64,000 nucleotides of DNA from Veleropilina oligotropha (Eukaryota): positions 186,001 through 250,000 of the forward strand of contig JBEUKZ010000115.1 of NCBI GenBank assembly GCA_048128005.1, given 5' to 3'. Below the pieces are notes generated by a model that had not been told where the DNA came from, ran no database searches, and saw only the letters and a list, made by a program, of their open reading frames with translations. Below are positions 53,354-64,000 of this stretch, piece after piece. Made by a program: the position numbers and the translations under genes. Within the stretch, counting starts at the first letter, position 1. Every line of letters begins with the position of its first letter.

Positions 53354-56300
53354 GTAACCAGATTATGAGATTAGTCGTTTCCTGAGTTATTCTAATACAA
53401 TTAACCATTGATTTTAGCAAAGGTTGAAGGAATGGGTGGGAGGCGGATAAATCGCTCGAACTTCGCGATTAATCCACCGCAAAAACTACGACCTCTTCTT
53501 CTTCCGGATAAGTGCTTTATACCTCTGGTATATTTTCGCACTGGTGCATGGTGCAGGATAATTATAATTATTTGTTTGCGAAAATGGCCTGTAGTATTTC
53601 GTTCATAGATTTGTAAGCGTAATCAATAAAAATATTTCATTGCTATATATCCCTGACGTATATGTAACCTGCATGCTCATCACTAAGTAGCACCTGCAGC
53701 ATATTATATCTACTTAGTCACATAAAGATGTCGATATCTAGATAATATATCTAGTTAACGAGAAACAGAATGTTTTACGTTAATATTTATTGCCATCTAA
53801 GACTACATATCTAAATAAAGACAACTGAAAAATTGGATATAAGAAACGCTCAAATGTGCGTGGACGCCATGTTTAGTCAAGAATTAATGAGAGCACAATC
53901 GCGCAATTTGAAAAATCTCAAAGTTTAGCCCATTTTTAGGTGGGTACCACCTCCAGAATGACTCTGACTGGCCGTCCGGCCGGCTTATCATCTATAGTAG
54001 ATAATTATGTGGATATGTCGATGGGAGTTTGGATCACTGCATAGATTTTTCGATTGAGATATCAACTTGCCCAAAAGTATAATGGATGTCACTAACTAGA
54101 TATGTTATCTAGATAACTACATAAATATCTCTATATAAGACCACATATTCATTGGTTATGATCATGTGGATGATAAAGTGCCCTGTCATCAGTGTGAGGA
54201 TGAAAAACAGCTTAACCCCCCCCCCCCCCCCCCCCCACACACACACACAGACTGCCCTGTCATCAGTGTGAGGATGAAAAACAGCTTAAACCCCACCCCC
54301 CCCACACCCACAGACTGCCCTGCCATCAGTGTGATGATGAAAAACAGCTTAAACCCCCCCCCCCCACACACACACAAACTGTCGTCTCATCAGTGTTAGG
54401 ATGAAAAACAGCTTAACCCACCCCCCACCCCCACCCCACACACACACACACAGACTGCCCTGTCATCAGTGTGAGGATGAAAAACAGCTTAATCCCCCCC
54501 TTCACACACACACACATAGACTGCCCTGTCATCAGTGTGAGGATGAAAAACAACTTAACCCCCCCCCCCCCCCACACACACACAGACTGCCCTGTCATCA
54601 GTGTTAGGATGAAAAACAGCTTAAACCCCCCCCCCCCCCCCCCACACACACACAGACTGCCCTGTCATCAGTGTTAGGATGAAAAACAGCTTAACCCACC
54701 CCCACACACACACACACACAGACTGCCCTGTCATCAGTGTGAGGATGAAAAACAGCTTAAACCCCCCCCCCCCCACACACACACATACCGCCCTGTCAAC
54801 AGTGTTAGGATGAAAAACAGCTTAACCCCCCCCCCACACAGACTGCCCTGTCATCAGTGTGAGGATGAAAAACATCTTAACCCCCCCCCCCCCCCCCACA
54901 CACACACACAGACTGCCCTGTCATCAGTGTGAGGATGAAAAACAGCTTAACCCCCCCCCGCCGCCCCCCCCCACACACACACACTGCCATTTCATGATGA
55001 CCATCAGAGATAACACTTGAATACATCAAACCAAATGTAATCAGTCAAGTGCATCACACATAATAATGTGTTTAAGTTTAACAAAATGCCAGAGGTCTTC
55101 ATATTGATCCCCTAAATTATACGTACAGTGTTATCTATTTGTTAATTGTTTTATTTGCTGTCATTAGAAGGACGCCGGTGCATACCTTGAGCGTCGATGA
55201 GTTCATGCGATGCGGACTGAACTCGGATGAGGAAGACACTGATGCGGAAATCAATGAAAACGATGATGAAGAAGAGGACAGTGACGAACAGATGGCAGAT
55301 GCTGCTGGGTACATACAACAGGGCTCACTCGGTGTAAAAGGGCTGATTAAAGATAACATTGTCAATTTTCACATCAACATAGTTTGTAACAAGCAGTAAA
55401 TTATTCTGCTATTTGCATCAAATTTCTGATGCTCTTATTTCGTTTTCCTTCTACTGCAGAGAGAACAGGTAGTGGTGTGAGAAAGTATTGCAATCGGGTT
55501 GGTTTGTCTGTCTCCGCGAGCATATCTCAACAACCATTAATCCAATTACCTCAATTTTGTACACGAGATAGGATCCACCCTACGCTCGGTCCTCAATGAT
55601 GATCTGAATCGGAAAGCGAATCGAGACTTCATGACGGAATTTCGTAATTTCCAGCTTACGGATTCAATCATTGTCTATCTGTGAACATATCTCAACAACC
55701 ATTGATCCGATTTACTCCATTTTAGACACGATGTAAGGTCCATCCTAGACTCTGTCCCCTCAAAGATCATCCAAGTCGGTAAGCGGATCTGGATTTTATG
55801 ATGCAATATCCAGTTTGCGGATATTTGGCTGTATCTCCATGACCATTGATCCGATGTACTCAATTGTTTCACGCGAGATATGGTTCACCCTTGTCTCAGT
55901 CTTCTTTAAAGATGATCGTGTCGGAAAGCAGATTAGGATTTTATGATACAATTTTCGGTTTGCGTGCACAAATTAGGCTCAAAATGTTCGTTAACTATTA
56001 TTCTCAGAGATTTCTAGCTTTCACCATTCCTTGCCAACGGGACGAAGGTTTGAAATGTTGAATTGCCTTTTTAAATCTGTTCCCTTTTATCGCAGGGAGG
56101 ACATTGTTCCATCTGTTTCCAAGCATAAGAAGTCACTGGAGAAGTTGAAGGAGCAGGATCCGGAGTTCTACCAGTTCCTTCAGGATGAAGATCAGGGGCT
56201 GCTGAGTTTTGATGACAGTGATTCAGACGAATCTGATTCTGCTGAAGATGGCGATGAAGATTCTGCGTCCAAAGCTGAGGCAAAGATGGGTAAAGAAAAA

Positions 56301-59300
56301 GGGACGGCGAGCAAAAAAATACTCCGCCAATTGAAAGAGAAACTTGATGAATCGAGTGAGGAAGAGGAGTCTGATGATGAAGATGGCAGCGGAGGCCGCA
56401 TTCACCAGCTGCCGGATACACTGGAGGTGAGCAGAGGGAGGGGTAAATGTCTGCTGGAGGTCGTATTCATCGGCTGCCGGATACACTGGATGTGAGCAGA
56501 GGGAGGGTTAAAGGTCAGCTGGAGGCTGTATTCACCGGCTGCCGGATACACTGGAGGTAGGTAGAGGGGGATATATGATCGCATGGAGGGACGTCGGATA
56601 CACTGAAGGTGAGCAGAGGGAGGGGTAAAGGTCTGCTGGATGCCGTATTCACTGGCTGCCGGATACACTGGATGTGAGCAGAGGGAGGGTTAAAGGTCGG
56701 CTGGAGGCCGCATACACCGGCTGTCGGATACACTGGATGTGAGCAGAGGGAGGGTTAAAGGTCGGCTGGAGGCCGGCTGTCGGATACACTGGATGTGAGC
56801 AGAGGGAGGCGTAAAGGTCGGCTGGAGGCCGCATACACCGGCTGTCGGATACACTGGAGGTGAGCAGAGGGAGGCGTAAAGGTCGGCTGGAGGCCGCATA
56901 CACCGGCTGTCGGATACACTGGAGGTGAGCAGAGGGAGGGGTAAAGGTCTGCTGGAGGCCGCACTCACCGGCTACCGGATACACTGGAGGTGAGCAGAGG
57001 GAGGCGTAAAGGTTGGCTGGAGGCCGCATACACCGGCTGTCGGATACACTGGAGGTGAGCAGAGGGAGGGGTAAAGGTCAGCTGGAGGCTGTATTCACCG
57101 GCTGCCGGATACACTGGAGGTGAGCAGAGGGAGGCGTAAAGGTCGGCTGGAGGCCGCATACACCGGCTGTCGGATACACTGGAGGTGAGCAGAGGGAGGC
57201 GTAAAGGTCGGCTGGAGGCCGCATACACCGGCTGTCGGATACACTGGAGGTGAGCAGAGGGAGGCGTAAAGGTCGGCTGGAGGCTGCATACACCGGCTGT
57301 CGGATACACTGGAGGTGAGCAGAGGGAGGGGTAAAGGTCTGCTGGAGGCCGCACTCACCGGCTACCGGATACACTGGAGGTGAGCAGAGGGAGGCGTAAA
57401 GGTTGGCTGGAGGCCGCATACACCGGCTGTCAGATACACTGGAGGTGAGCAGAGGGAGGGGTAAAGGTCGGCTGGAGGCCACATTCACCGGCTGCCGGAT
57501 ACACTGGAGGTGAGCAGAGGGAGGCATAAAGGTCGGCTGGAGGCCGCATACACCGGCTGTCAGATACACTGGAGGTGAGCAGAGGGAGGGGTAAAGGTCG
57601 GCTGGAGGCCGCATATCCCATCTGTCAGATACACTGGAGGTGAGCAGAGGGAGGGGTAAAGGTCGGCTGGAGGCCATATTCCCAAGATGTCGGATACACT
57701 TGAGGTAGGTGAATGGGGATATAGGGCCGCATGGAGGGACGTCGGATTCACTGGAGGTAGGTGGATGAAATACCAGACAAGCTGGAGGTAAGCAGAATGA
57801 GCGATAAGGGGTGGCCTGGAATACCACTGTAACCAGATACAGACAGGCTGGAAGTAGGCAGAGGGAGGGTTAAAGGGTTGCATGAAAGATGGTGTACACC
57901 CTAGTATCGGTCCTCCGTAAAGATGATCGGAGTTGGAAAGCAGATCCGGATTTTATGACACAATTTCCGTTTGCAGATTTTCGACTCTAATGCTAGAACA
58001 CCGATCCAAACCAAGCCAATATGAATTTTTTTTAATTGTCAGTAAATAATAGTTTAGTTGTGTAGGTAGATTTAGATTTCTTGACTAGCGTACAAAATAC
58101 TAGTACTCATTGTGGGTCGCTGTGTCTTCTATGATTATTTTATGCATATCATTGCCAGGTGGCGAGCGATGCCAGCTTGGATAGCGATGAGAGTGAGGCT
58201 TCAGAGCTGGATGATGCGATGCCTGCAGAGAGGGTGCAGATGGGCGCCGTCGTCACCTTAAAAATGGTGTCGCAATGGGAGAAGAGGCAAAAGGTAAGTT
58301 CTTATTGCCATGAAGAATTTGAAGATGACAGATAATCACAAATTCGAAACATTTGCAATTAGGCAGTTCTCTCTTTTCAAAACATAATTAGTTTAACATT
58401 TTACATCATTGTTTGTAACATTCGACCAATTCCCATTGTGCATATTCGGTGTGTTTCGTAATTCTTTTAAAGTTATTAGGCAATATAGATCTTTTGTGTG
58501 CTTTTGAAGAGTCCTACAGTCTGTGTGCTTCAAGATAATTGGGTATACGACTTTATTTCAACATATACCCGCATTCTCAACAGCGATTAGTCGATACGCA
58601 TTTTTCGACGTCACGTGCCGTGAGGATAAATCTCCATACCGGACTCCCATACAGGACTCCGAGCAGTTACGGAAATAGCCGATGAATATATTTTTGTCGT
58701 CTGCGATGTTTTCAAAACAAATCGATCAATAAAGAAATGCAAAGATGAACTTACCAAAAATCACCGTTCCGATAAAGAACTTGAACCTGCGTTCATGTCC
58801 GAGTGAAAGGATAATCCGATTTGTCCTGTAAAATCCACATCGGGTCACGCATTCGCAATCGCTTCAAACCGAAACAGCTGATTCTCACGTCCATGGAATC
58901 ACGATGCAAGTTATGTTTGACGACTTTGAACACGTCCCTCCTCAACAAGTAAACACAGTCCCACAGTCTCCAATATTCAATAACTGCGTGATTAACTCAT
59001 TGCATATTCATCACCATTGACAATTCGCATAATTAATTTAGAATTTTGACACTTTGTTGTTACTTGAATTCATCTTCTCGCTTGGCTGCCACCAGCTGCG
59101 AACACTATTGTAAACATGTCACTCCCAAATTTATATCGAAATAAAATTAACTTGTATTACTAAAATTATTTGTTAATTATACACTTGTTACTCTGTTATT
59201 TAAATAAACTAGCAATGGTACCCGTCTTCGCCGGGTAAGTCCCCCCACCCCAATTTTTTTTTTTTTTTTTTTGGATAGTGCTCCCTTAAATTTTTTTTTT

Positions 59301-59890
59301 TTTCCCGAATTTTCCGATTTTTTTTCGTGGTAAACCTAAGTTGGGGGACCCCGATTAACCCCCCAAAGTTTGAAGGTCCTAGGTCAAAGCGTCTGGGAGG
59401 AGTACAACTTGAAACACACATACAATTATAGCTCCATTATATTAAGATTATTTTCAATTTTATAATTTCCCACGCCATTCTTGTCCTAATCCAAAAACTA
59501 TTCAAATCTGTAACGATGTTCGGTATCGCAAAATCAAGTTCACCTATGGATTAATCATTATATTACAATTTTTGGAGGAAATGTTGAAATAAATACGTTA
59601 TCCTAACTCCTGGAGTCCGATATTGCTATTTACCCTCACAGTAAACGCTATACCAGCCTCGCCGTTCCGGCTCGGCTGGCATAGCGTTTACTGTGAGGGT
59701 AAATAGCCATATCGGACTCCAGGAGTTAGGATTAATTATAGTGTTTTTAAATTTCTGACATTTTTCCATTTTCAGGCTAATCCCAGCGTCGCTGTGCTGC
59801 ATGAGGTCATTATGGCGTTTAAAGCTGCTGTAACACAAGCTGGCGATGAATCAGATGAGGTCATCAAGTACACAGTAGAGGGCAGCACAG
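53337..59890 (+). CDS. NOC2L: Nucleolar complex protein 2 homolog, exons 1-5 (gene continues beyond the window)
   Basis: Exons 53337-53353, 55168-55308, 56096-56426, 58159-58293 and 59776-59890, with GT-AG introns and consistent phases. Motifs [51 protein letters not shown] and [12 protein letters not shown] match the NOC2 N-terminus. Confidence 0.93.
53728..54122. mobile_element. MITE-like element in NOC2L intron 1
   Basis: Imperfect TIRs of about 30 bp: TATCTAGATAATATATCTAGTTA / TAACTAGATATGTTATCTAGATA. Confidence 0.6.
54178..54988. repeat. Minisatellite, about 12 units of 56-75 bp with embedded poly-C and (CA)n
   Basis: Core GACTGCCCTGTCATCAGTGTGAGGATGAAAAACAGCTTAA followed by variable C(n)(CA)n. 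Confidence 0.97.
55168..55308 (+). CDS. NOC2L: NOC2L exon 2
   Basis: TAG|AAG tandem acceptor; [22 protein letters not shown]...; GG|GTACAT donor. Confidence 0.88.
55460..56050 (+). mobile_element. HINE-like element (12400-13330 family) in NOC2L intron 2
   Basis: GTATTGCAATCGG, (GTCT)n and the family internal repeats. Confidence 0.7.
56096..56426 (+). CDS. NOC2L: NOC2L exon 3
   Basis: CGCAG|G GAG GAC...; DPEFYQFLQ motif; CTG GAG|GTGAGC donor. Confidence 0.93.
56391..57770 (+). repeat. 65-bp minisatellite, about 20 units, starting inside NOC2L exon 3
   Basis: Unit GGAGGCCGCATACACCGGCTGTCGGATACACTGGAG-GTGAGCAGAGGGAGGCGTAAAGGTCGGCT. Period 65 bp (GAGCAGAGG at 56429 and 56494). Confidence 0.97.
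58159..58293 (+). CDS. NOC2L: NOC2L exon 4
   Basis: CCAG|GTG GCG AGC... CAA AAG|GTAAGT, 135 nt; [14 protein letters not shown]. Confidence 0.93.
58552..59732 (+). mobile_element. Internally deleted Crypton-like element with a terminal hairpin
   Basis: Coding remnant [31 protein letters not shown] (from about 58741) and IFNNCVIN resemble DUF3504/CryptonA tyrosine-recombinase proteins (from memory). A 13-bp inverted repeat pairs 58552-58564 with 59581-59593. The hairpin is at 59600-59732 and an arm copy at about 58620-58647. Confidence 0.7.
59209..59447 (-). mobile_element. Non-autonomous Helitron nested in the Crypton-like element
   Basis: The minus strand reads A|TC...ACCCGGCGAAGACGGGT (hairpin)...CTAG|T: canonical 5' TC, 3' CTAG, A/T target and no TSD. 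Confidence 0.85.
59776..59890 (+). CDS. NOC2L: NOC2L exon 5
   Basis: TTTCAG|GCT AAT CCC... [26 protein letters not shown]...KYTVEGST. Confidence 0.93.
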
Positions 59891-60455
59891 GTATCTTAAT
59901 CCAAGAAAATAGGCATAATACATGATACCGACATAGTATGATATGAACATGTCCATTTGCGTCATATTCAAATCCATTGTCTTCAGTTGATTTTTACACG
60001 CCTGTTTGTGGGACGTATTTATGTTTTCACCCACGTTGTGCGGGCGGGCTGATAGAAGTTGTCTGCTGAATAACTGGAGTAATTTGCATTCAATCTTGAC
60101 CAAGATTGGTAAAGATGTTTCTAGCAACAATATCTACGTCAAGTTCTATAGCCAGCGTCATCGGAGAGTTATGGGCCTTGCAATATACAAAATTAACAAA
60201 ATACACAGTGTCCGCTCGATAACTCGAGCAAATTTTATTCATTCTTCACCAAACTTGGTAAAGATGTTTGTACCGATAATATGTAGGTCAAGTTCGATAG
60301 CCATCGTCATCGGACAGTTATAACTAGAGTTATGGCCCTTGAATTATTTAAAATGACATGTACGCTCGATAACGCGAGCAATTTGTATCCCATCGGTTTT
60401 GAAAAAACAATGGGATTATGTCGTCACGTAGTCCGTCCGTCTGTCTGTCTGTCTG

Positions 60456-60716
60456 GGCCGCTTCGGCAGCGCAGTGGGTAAGAGTGTCCACTCTAAATTC
60501 ACTGGCTTGATTCCGCTAATGCGAAAAGTGGTGGGTTCAATACCTGGCTGAGGCATTGCCATTTGTTCAAGTTATAAATCACAGTTGTCCGCGACTGGCT
60601 GAAGAGGGCGAGTTTACCCGGGCGACCGTGGTTTCCTCCCGCGATAACACAGACAAGCCCTGCCTTGAACCTCGATGTTGTAAATATACAGGACATTAAG
60701 CATCATTCCTCCCTCC
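60456..60716 (+). mobile_element. tRNA-derived SINE inserted in the HINE microsatellite
   Basis: Near-identical to 45546-45808. Confidence 0.92.
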
Positions 60717-61449
60717 CTGTCCATCTGTCCATATAGACGACGTGAACACGATATCAGGAAAGCTGTACCAGCTAGGGAATTCAAATTTGGTATGCAGGTT
60801 TATTGGGACATAAACTAGGTTGCTATTGAATTTCAGATTATTCCGCCAAGTATTTCCACAGTTATCCCACTTTTTCGACAAAATTTCCGTTTCGGATGAC
60901 GTGAACAGGATATGAGGAAAACCGTAACAGCTAGGGAATTCAAATTTGGTATGCAGGTTTATTGGGACATAAACTAGGTTGCAATTGAATTTAAGATTAA
61001 TCCGCCAAATATTTGCACAGTCATCCCCCTTTTTCGACATAAAATTTCCGTTTCGGACAACGTGAACAGGATATCAGGAAAACTGTAACAGCTAGGGAAT
61101 TCAAATTTGGTATGCAGGTTTATTGGTACATAAACTAGGTTGCTATTGAATTTCAGATTATTCCGCCAAGTATTTCCACAGTTATCCCCCTTTTTAGACA
61201 AAATTTTCGTTTTGGAAGATGTGAACATTAGCTAGTGAATTCAAATTTGGTATGCTGGTTTATTGGGACATAAACTACGTTGCTATTGGCTTTCAGATTA
61301 ATCCGCCAAATATTGGCACAGTTATCCACATTTTTCGACAAACTTTCCTTTTCGGGTGACGTGAACATCATATAATGAAAACTGTAACAGCTAGGGAATT
61401 CAAATTTGGTATGCAGGTTTATTGGGATATAAACTAGGTTATTATTGAA

Positions 61450-62087
61450 ACTGTAGATTAAGGGGATACTAGTCTCAGGCTAGATCCGAACAGTGTAGAC
61501 CAACGGGTGTGAGTGTAACAAGGGTGAAGCTCATTTCCGTCTGGAGTGGTCTTTAACCAGGTGACAATAGAGCAAAGGAGGTAATTGTTGATATGTAAGG
61601 GATATTGCTGGATTGCAATAAAGGGCGTGCCAAAAAGTAAAAATTCCTGACCGGTTTCGACCCACCGTGGAGTCTTCATCAGAGGAGTGTCCTAGGTTCC
61701 AATTGAGTTCAGCCTTTTATACCCTCGCTTGTTTGTATCATGGGTTGTCATGGTGATTGCATATTAGCCGTGGTAATAGCCGGGCATGGTTTGATGGCTT
61801 ATGGGAATGCACGATCAAAATAGCCATTCGAATTATCCGTTCTAAATAGCTGGTCATAATAGTCTGTCAAAATATCCGGTCACAATATCCGGTGTGGAAT
61901 TGCCGTTTGTGAGAGGAATAGCTGGTCAAAATATCCAGTATCGCTGAATAGCAATGGTGGTATGAATATGTCGTGCAAACCAAAAAAATCCAGTGAAATG
62001 CCGGTATTGCAATTCACAGGGTATGTGGGGGTTGGAGAACTGAAAAGTGGAACAGGATCCAGGCAAAGATACAGTGTTGGGGACTGT
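61450..62087 (-). mobile_element. 638-bp hammerhead-bearing insertion (Penelope-like pLTR or retrozyme-like)
   Basis: 15-bp direct repeat TAGGTTATTATTGAA at 61435-61449 and 62088-62102. No recognisable coding region. Confidence 0.75.
61645..61686 (-). ncRNA. Minimal type I hammerhead ribozyme
   Basis: Minus strand UCCU CUGAUGA A GAC UCCACGGUGG GUC GAAA CCGG UC^AGGA: intact core boxes, stem I UCCU/AGGA, stem II GAC/GUC, palindromic stem III and a GUC cleavage triplet. Confidence 0.85.
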
Positions 62088-62652
62088 TAGGTTATTATTG
62101 AACTTCAAATTATTCCGCCGAATATTTGCACAGTTATCCCCCTTTTTGGACAAACTTCCATTTTCGGCTGGCGTGAACATGATATAATGAAAACCGTAAC
62201 AGCTAGGGAATTCAAATTTGGTATGCAGGTTTATTGGAACATAAACTAGGTTGCTCTTGAATTTCACAGTATTCCGCCGAATATTTGCACATTTATCCCC
62301 TTTTTCGACATAGCTTTTGCATCAATTACGACAAACCCGATGGGATAATGTGTGGCTCCCACACTTGTTGTTAATCCATCTTTTGCCAGACTTTGCAAAG
62401 ATGTTTGTATCAATAATATCTAGGTCATATTCGATAGCCATCGTCATCGGACCGTTATAACTAGATTTATGGCCCTTGAATTATTTAAAATGAGGAACTG
62501 GCACTCCACAGCTGCCGCTAGATGTCGCGCGCGACAGTAGGTCATGTCACAAGGCCGTCTGTAAATAGCGTTCCTTTGTAATATATTCAAACCGACTTTG
62601 TTTATCAACGTGTCTTGTCCACATGAATGAATAACTTGAATAGGTAAACACA

Positions 62653-62760
62653 ATGCCAGTTCACTGTTCGGTTCGCAGATGTAGTGGGAATGGAGGCCAT
62701 CGTTTCCCTAGTGACCAGGAAATGAGAAAGAAGTGGATTATCGCCGTAAAAACGTGGCAA
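62653..62760 (+). pseudogene. THAP-domain N-terminal fragment (DNA transposon remnant)
   Basis: MPVHCSVRRC..GHRFPSDQEMRKKWIIAV fits the THAP start (C-x4-C, H-x-FP, R-x-x-W). The closing C..HF is absent. Confidence 0.6.
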
Positions 62761-63132
62761 AAACAACTGGAATCCATCAAAATGGTCGACAGTATGCAAA
62801 CACCGGCCATTGACGCAAATCAGAAATATGAGCAAAATCCTTGCTACCCACCCACTGATTACGTATAATATAAGAGAGGGCAGCCATCTGCAATTTTTCC
62901 AATTATTCACATGCCCCGCTTCGAATCGCATTTCACCTACCAGAAAAAACAGTAATAAAGGAAACGTACTTATCATGCAATGCATTACATATTTATCTTG
63001 GCCCCACTTGCTTCGTTAGAGAAGAAAAGTCAATCCAATAACGATAAAAGCGATATTTGTTCGTCCCTTGGTCCACATCGATTTTTCGACGAAACTCATA
63101 TTAAGCTATGTCTTATATATTTAAAGTAATTT

Positions 63133-64000
63133 TTGATCGAAAAAAAATCACTAATAAACACGATGAAGGCAACAAGTTTGTTGAACTTACTATCAGAGAG
63201 CAATTACAAGTATGATGACCTGAAAGATTATTTGGAGAAAGCGACATCACGGTTCGAACAGTGTGAAACTTCAAATAAAGATGAAAGCGAAAACACGAGC
63301 ATTCAATCTGGAAATGCTGAGCAAGAGCCTCCTACTAATGAAAACAACGAAATATCAGAGCCCCCGACAAACTCTAACAATGACTCAAATAACAAATGAA
63401 AGCGCGTCCATCAGAGTGAACCCAAAACAAAAACTTTGCTCATAGGGTCATCCATTTTGAAATACATTGATCGTAGAGGTCTTTTAGAACACGTGGATGT
63501 GAAAACACACAGAGGTGCTACTGTGCAAAGGCTTCTGAGCCATATAAAAAGAATGAACATACATAAATATTCCCATGTTGTACTTCATGTTGGTGGGAAT
63601 GATGCCTCGCAAGGATCCTGTGTTGAATCCATCGTTCAGGATTACGAGGAGCTCATTAAGTACATCTACAATCAGAACTCAGAGACCGAGATCTTTGTGT
63701 CTGGATTAACCCCGCGTCGTGATGTGGATGTGCGTCCTCTAAATATTGTGCTTCAGGATCTAGCTCATTTCTATGGTTATGTTTTCTTTGACAACTACTC
63801 TCGTGTCAACCACTCCAATGGATGCCTGAGTTCCGATGGAGTCCATATTTCCAAATATGGTACCTCGCAGCTCCTTTGGAACTTCCAACAGGAACTGCCA
63901 ATAATTCGTCAGCGAAAAATGTCATCAGACCAAACAAGAAATCCGGACAGAGGGTGCTACTATTGTGGAGAGCAGGGACATGTCTCCAATGTTTGTAGAC
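63133..64000 (+). mobile_element. CR1/L2-group LINE ORF1: SGNH/GDSL esterase-like domain plus CCHC zinc knuckle, one in-frame TGA
   Basis: The frame of 63133 continues past TGA 63397-63399 to the window end: LLIGSSILK, RGA, LHVGGND, SDGVHISKYG and CYYCGEQGHVSNVC. The ORF track misses the downstream part. Confidence 0.85.

Larger units (their letters stand above)
59990..62490 (+). mobile_element. Nested HINE-like elements: outer (about 140-bp units) and inner 60382-62369 (about 160-bp units)
   Basis: The inner element has ATCCCATCGG / CCGATGGGAT subterminal inverted repeats, (GTCC/GTCT)n, a tandem array with TTCAAATTTGGTATGCAGG and a terminal palindrome GTGTGG..CCACAC. The outer array resumes at 62370. 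Confidence 0.75.

Noticed and set aside
54178..54988. CRISPR-like or hammerhead-like array (constant core with variable spacer; CTGATGA on the minus strand)
   Set aside because: The spacers are only C(n)/(CA)n, there are no cas genes, and the context is a eukaryotic intron. No GAAA box or stems follow CUGAUGA.
56402..57883. Many overlapping minus-strand ORFs up to 249 aa
   Set aside because: They are by-products of the 65-bp minisatellite.
60696..61228. Repeated ORFs NLHTKFEFPSC
   Set aside because: They are antisense translations of the 160-bp HINE array.

Overview
This is AT-rich, intron-containing animal genomic DNA, probably from a lophotrochozoan such as a mollusc (inferred only from the repeat types). 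There are three host-gene signals. (1) A complete 5-exon cytidine deaminase on the minus strand (53189->44369, 133 aa). (2) The first five exons of NOC2L on the plus strand (53337->59890, continuing past the window), head-to-head with the deaminase with only 147 bp between the start codons. (3) The first exon of a secreted, possibly MRH/M6PR-like protein on the minus strand (6581-6801). The rest is mostly nested mobile DNA: a decayed, intron-containing Academ-type DNA transposon of about 13 kb (XPG/FEN-like nuclease plus CXC finger, long TIRs); CR1-group, L2, RTE and I/Nimb LINEs; tRNA-derived SINEs with target-site duplications (TSDs); Helentron-type HINEs, a Helitron, a MITE, and micro- and minisatellites. 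The most notable observations are: (a) six long DNA hairpins with mostly unrelated arms that share a strand-asymmetric CGAG/CGAG signature (three also have a GAA triloop), one attached to a Crypton-like tyrosine-recombinase remnant; (b) a 638-bp TSD-flanked insertion carrying an intact minimal hammerhead ribozyme; and (c) a 65-bp minisatellite that copies the NOC2L exon-3 splice donor about 20 times. All family assignments come from motif recognition by eye; no searches were run.
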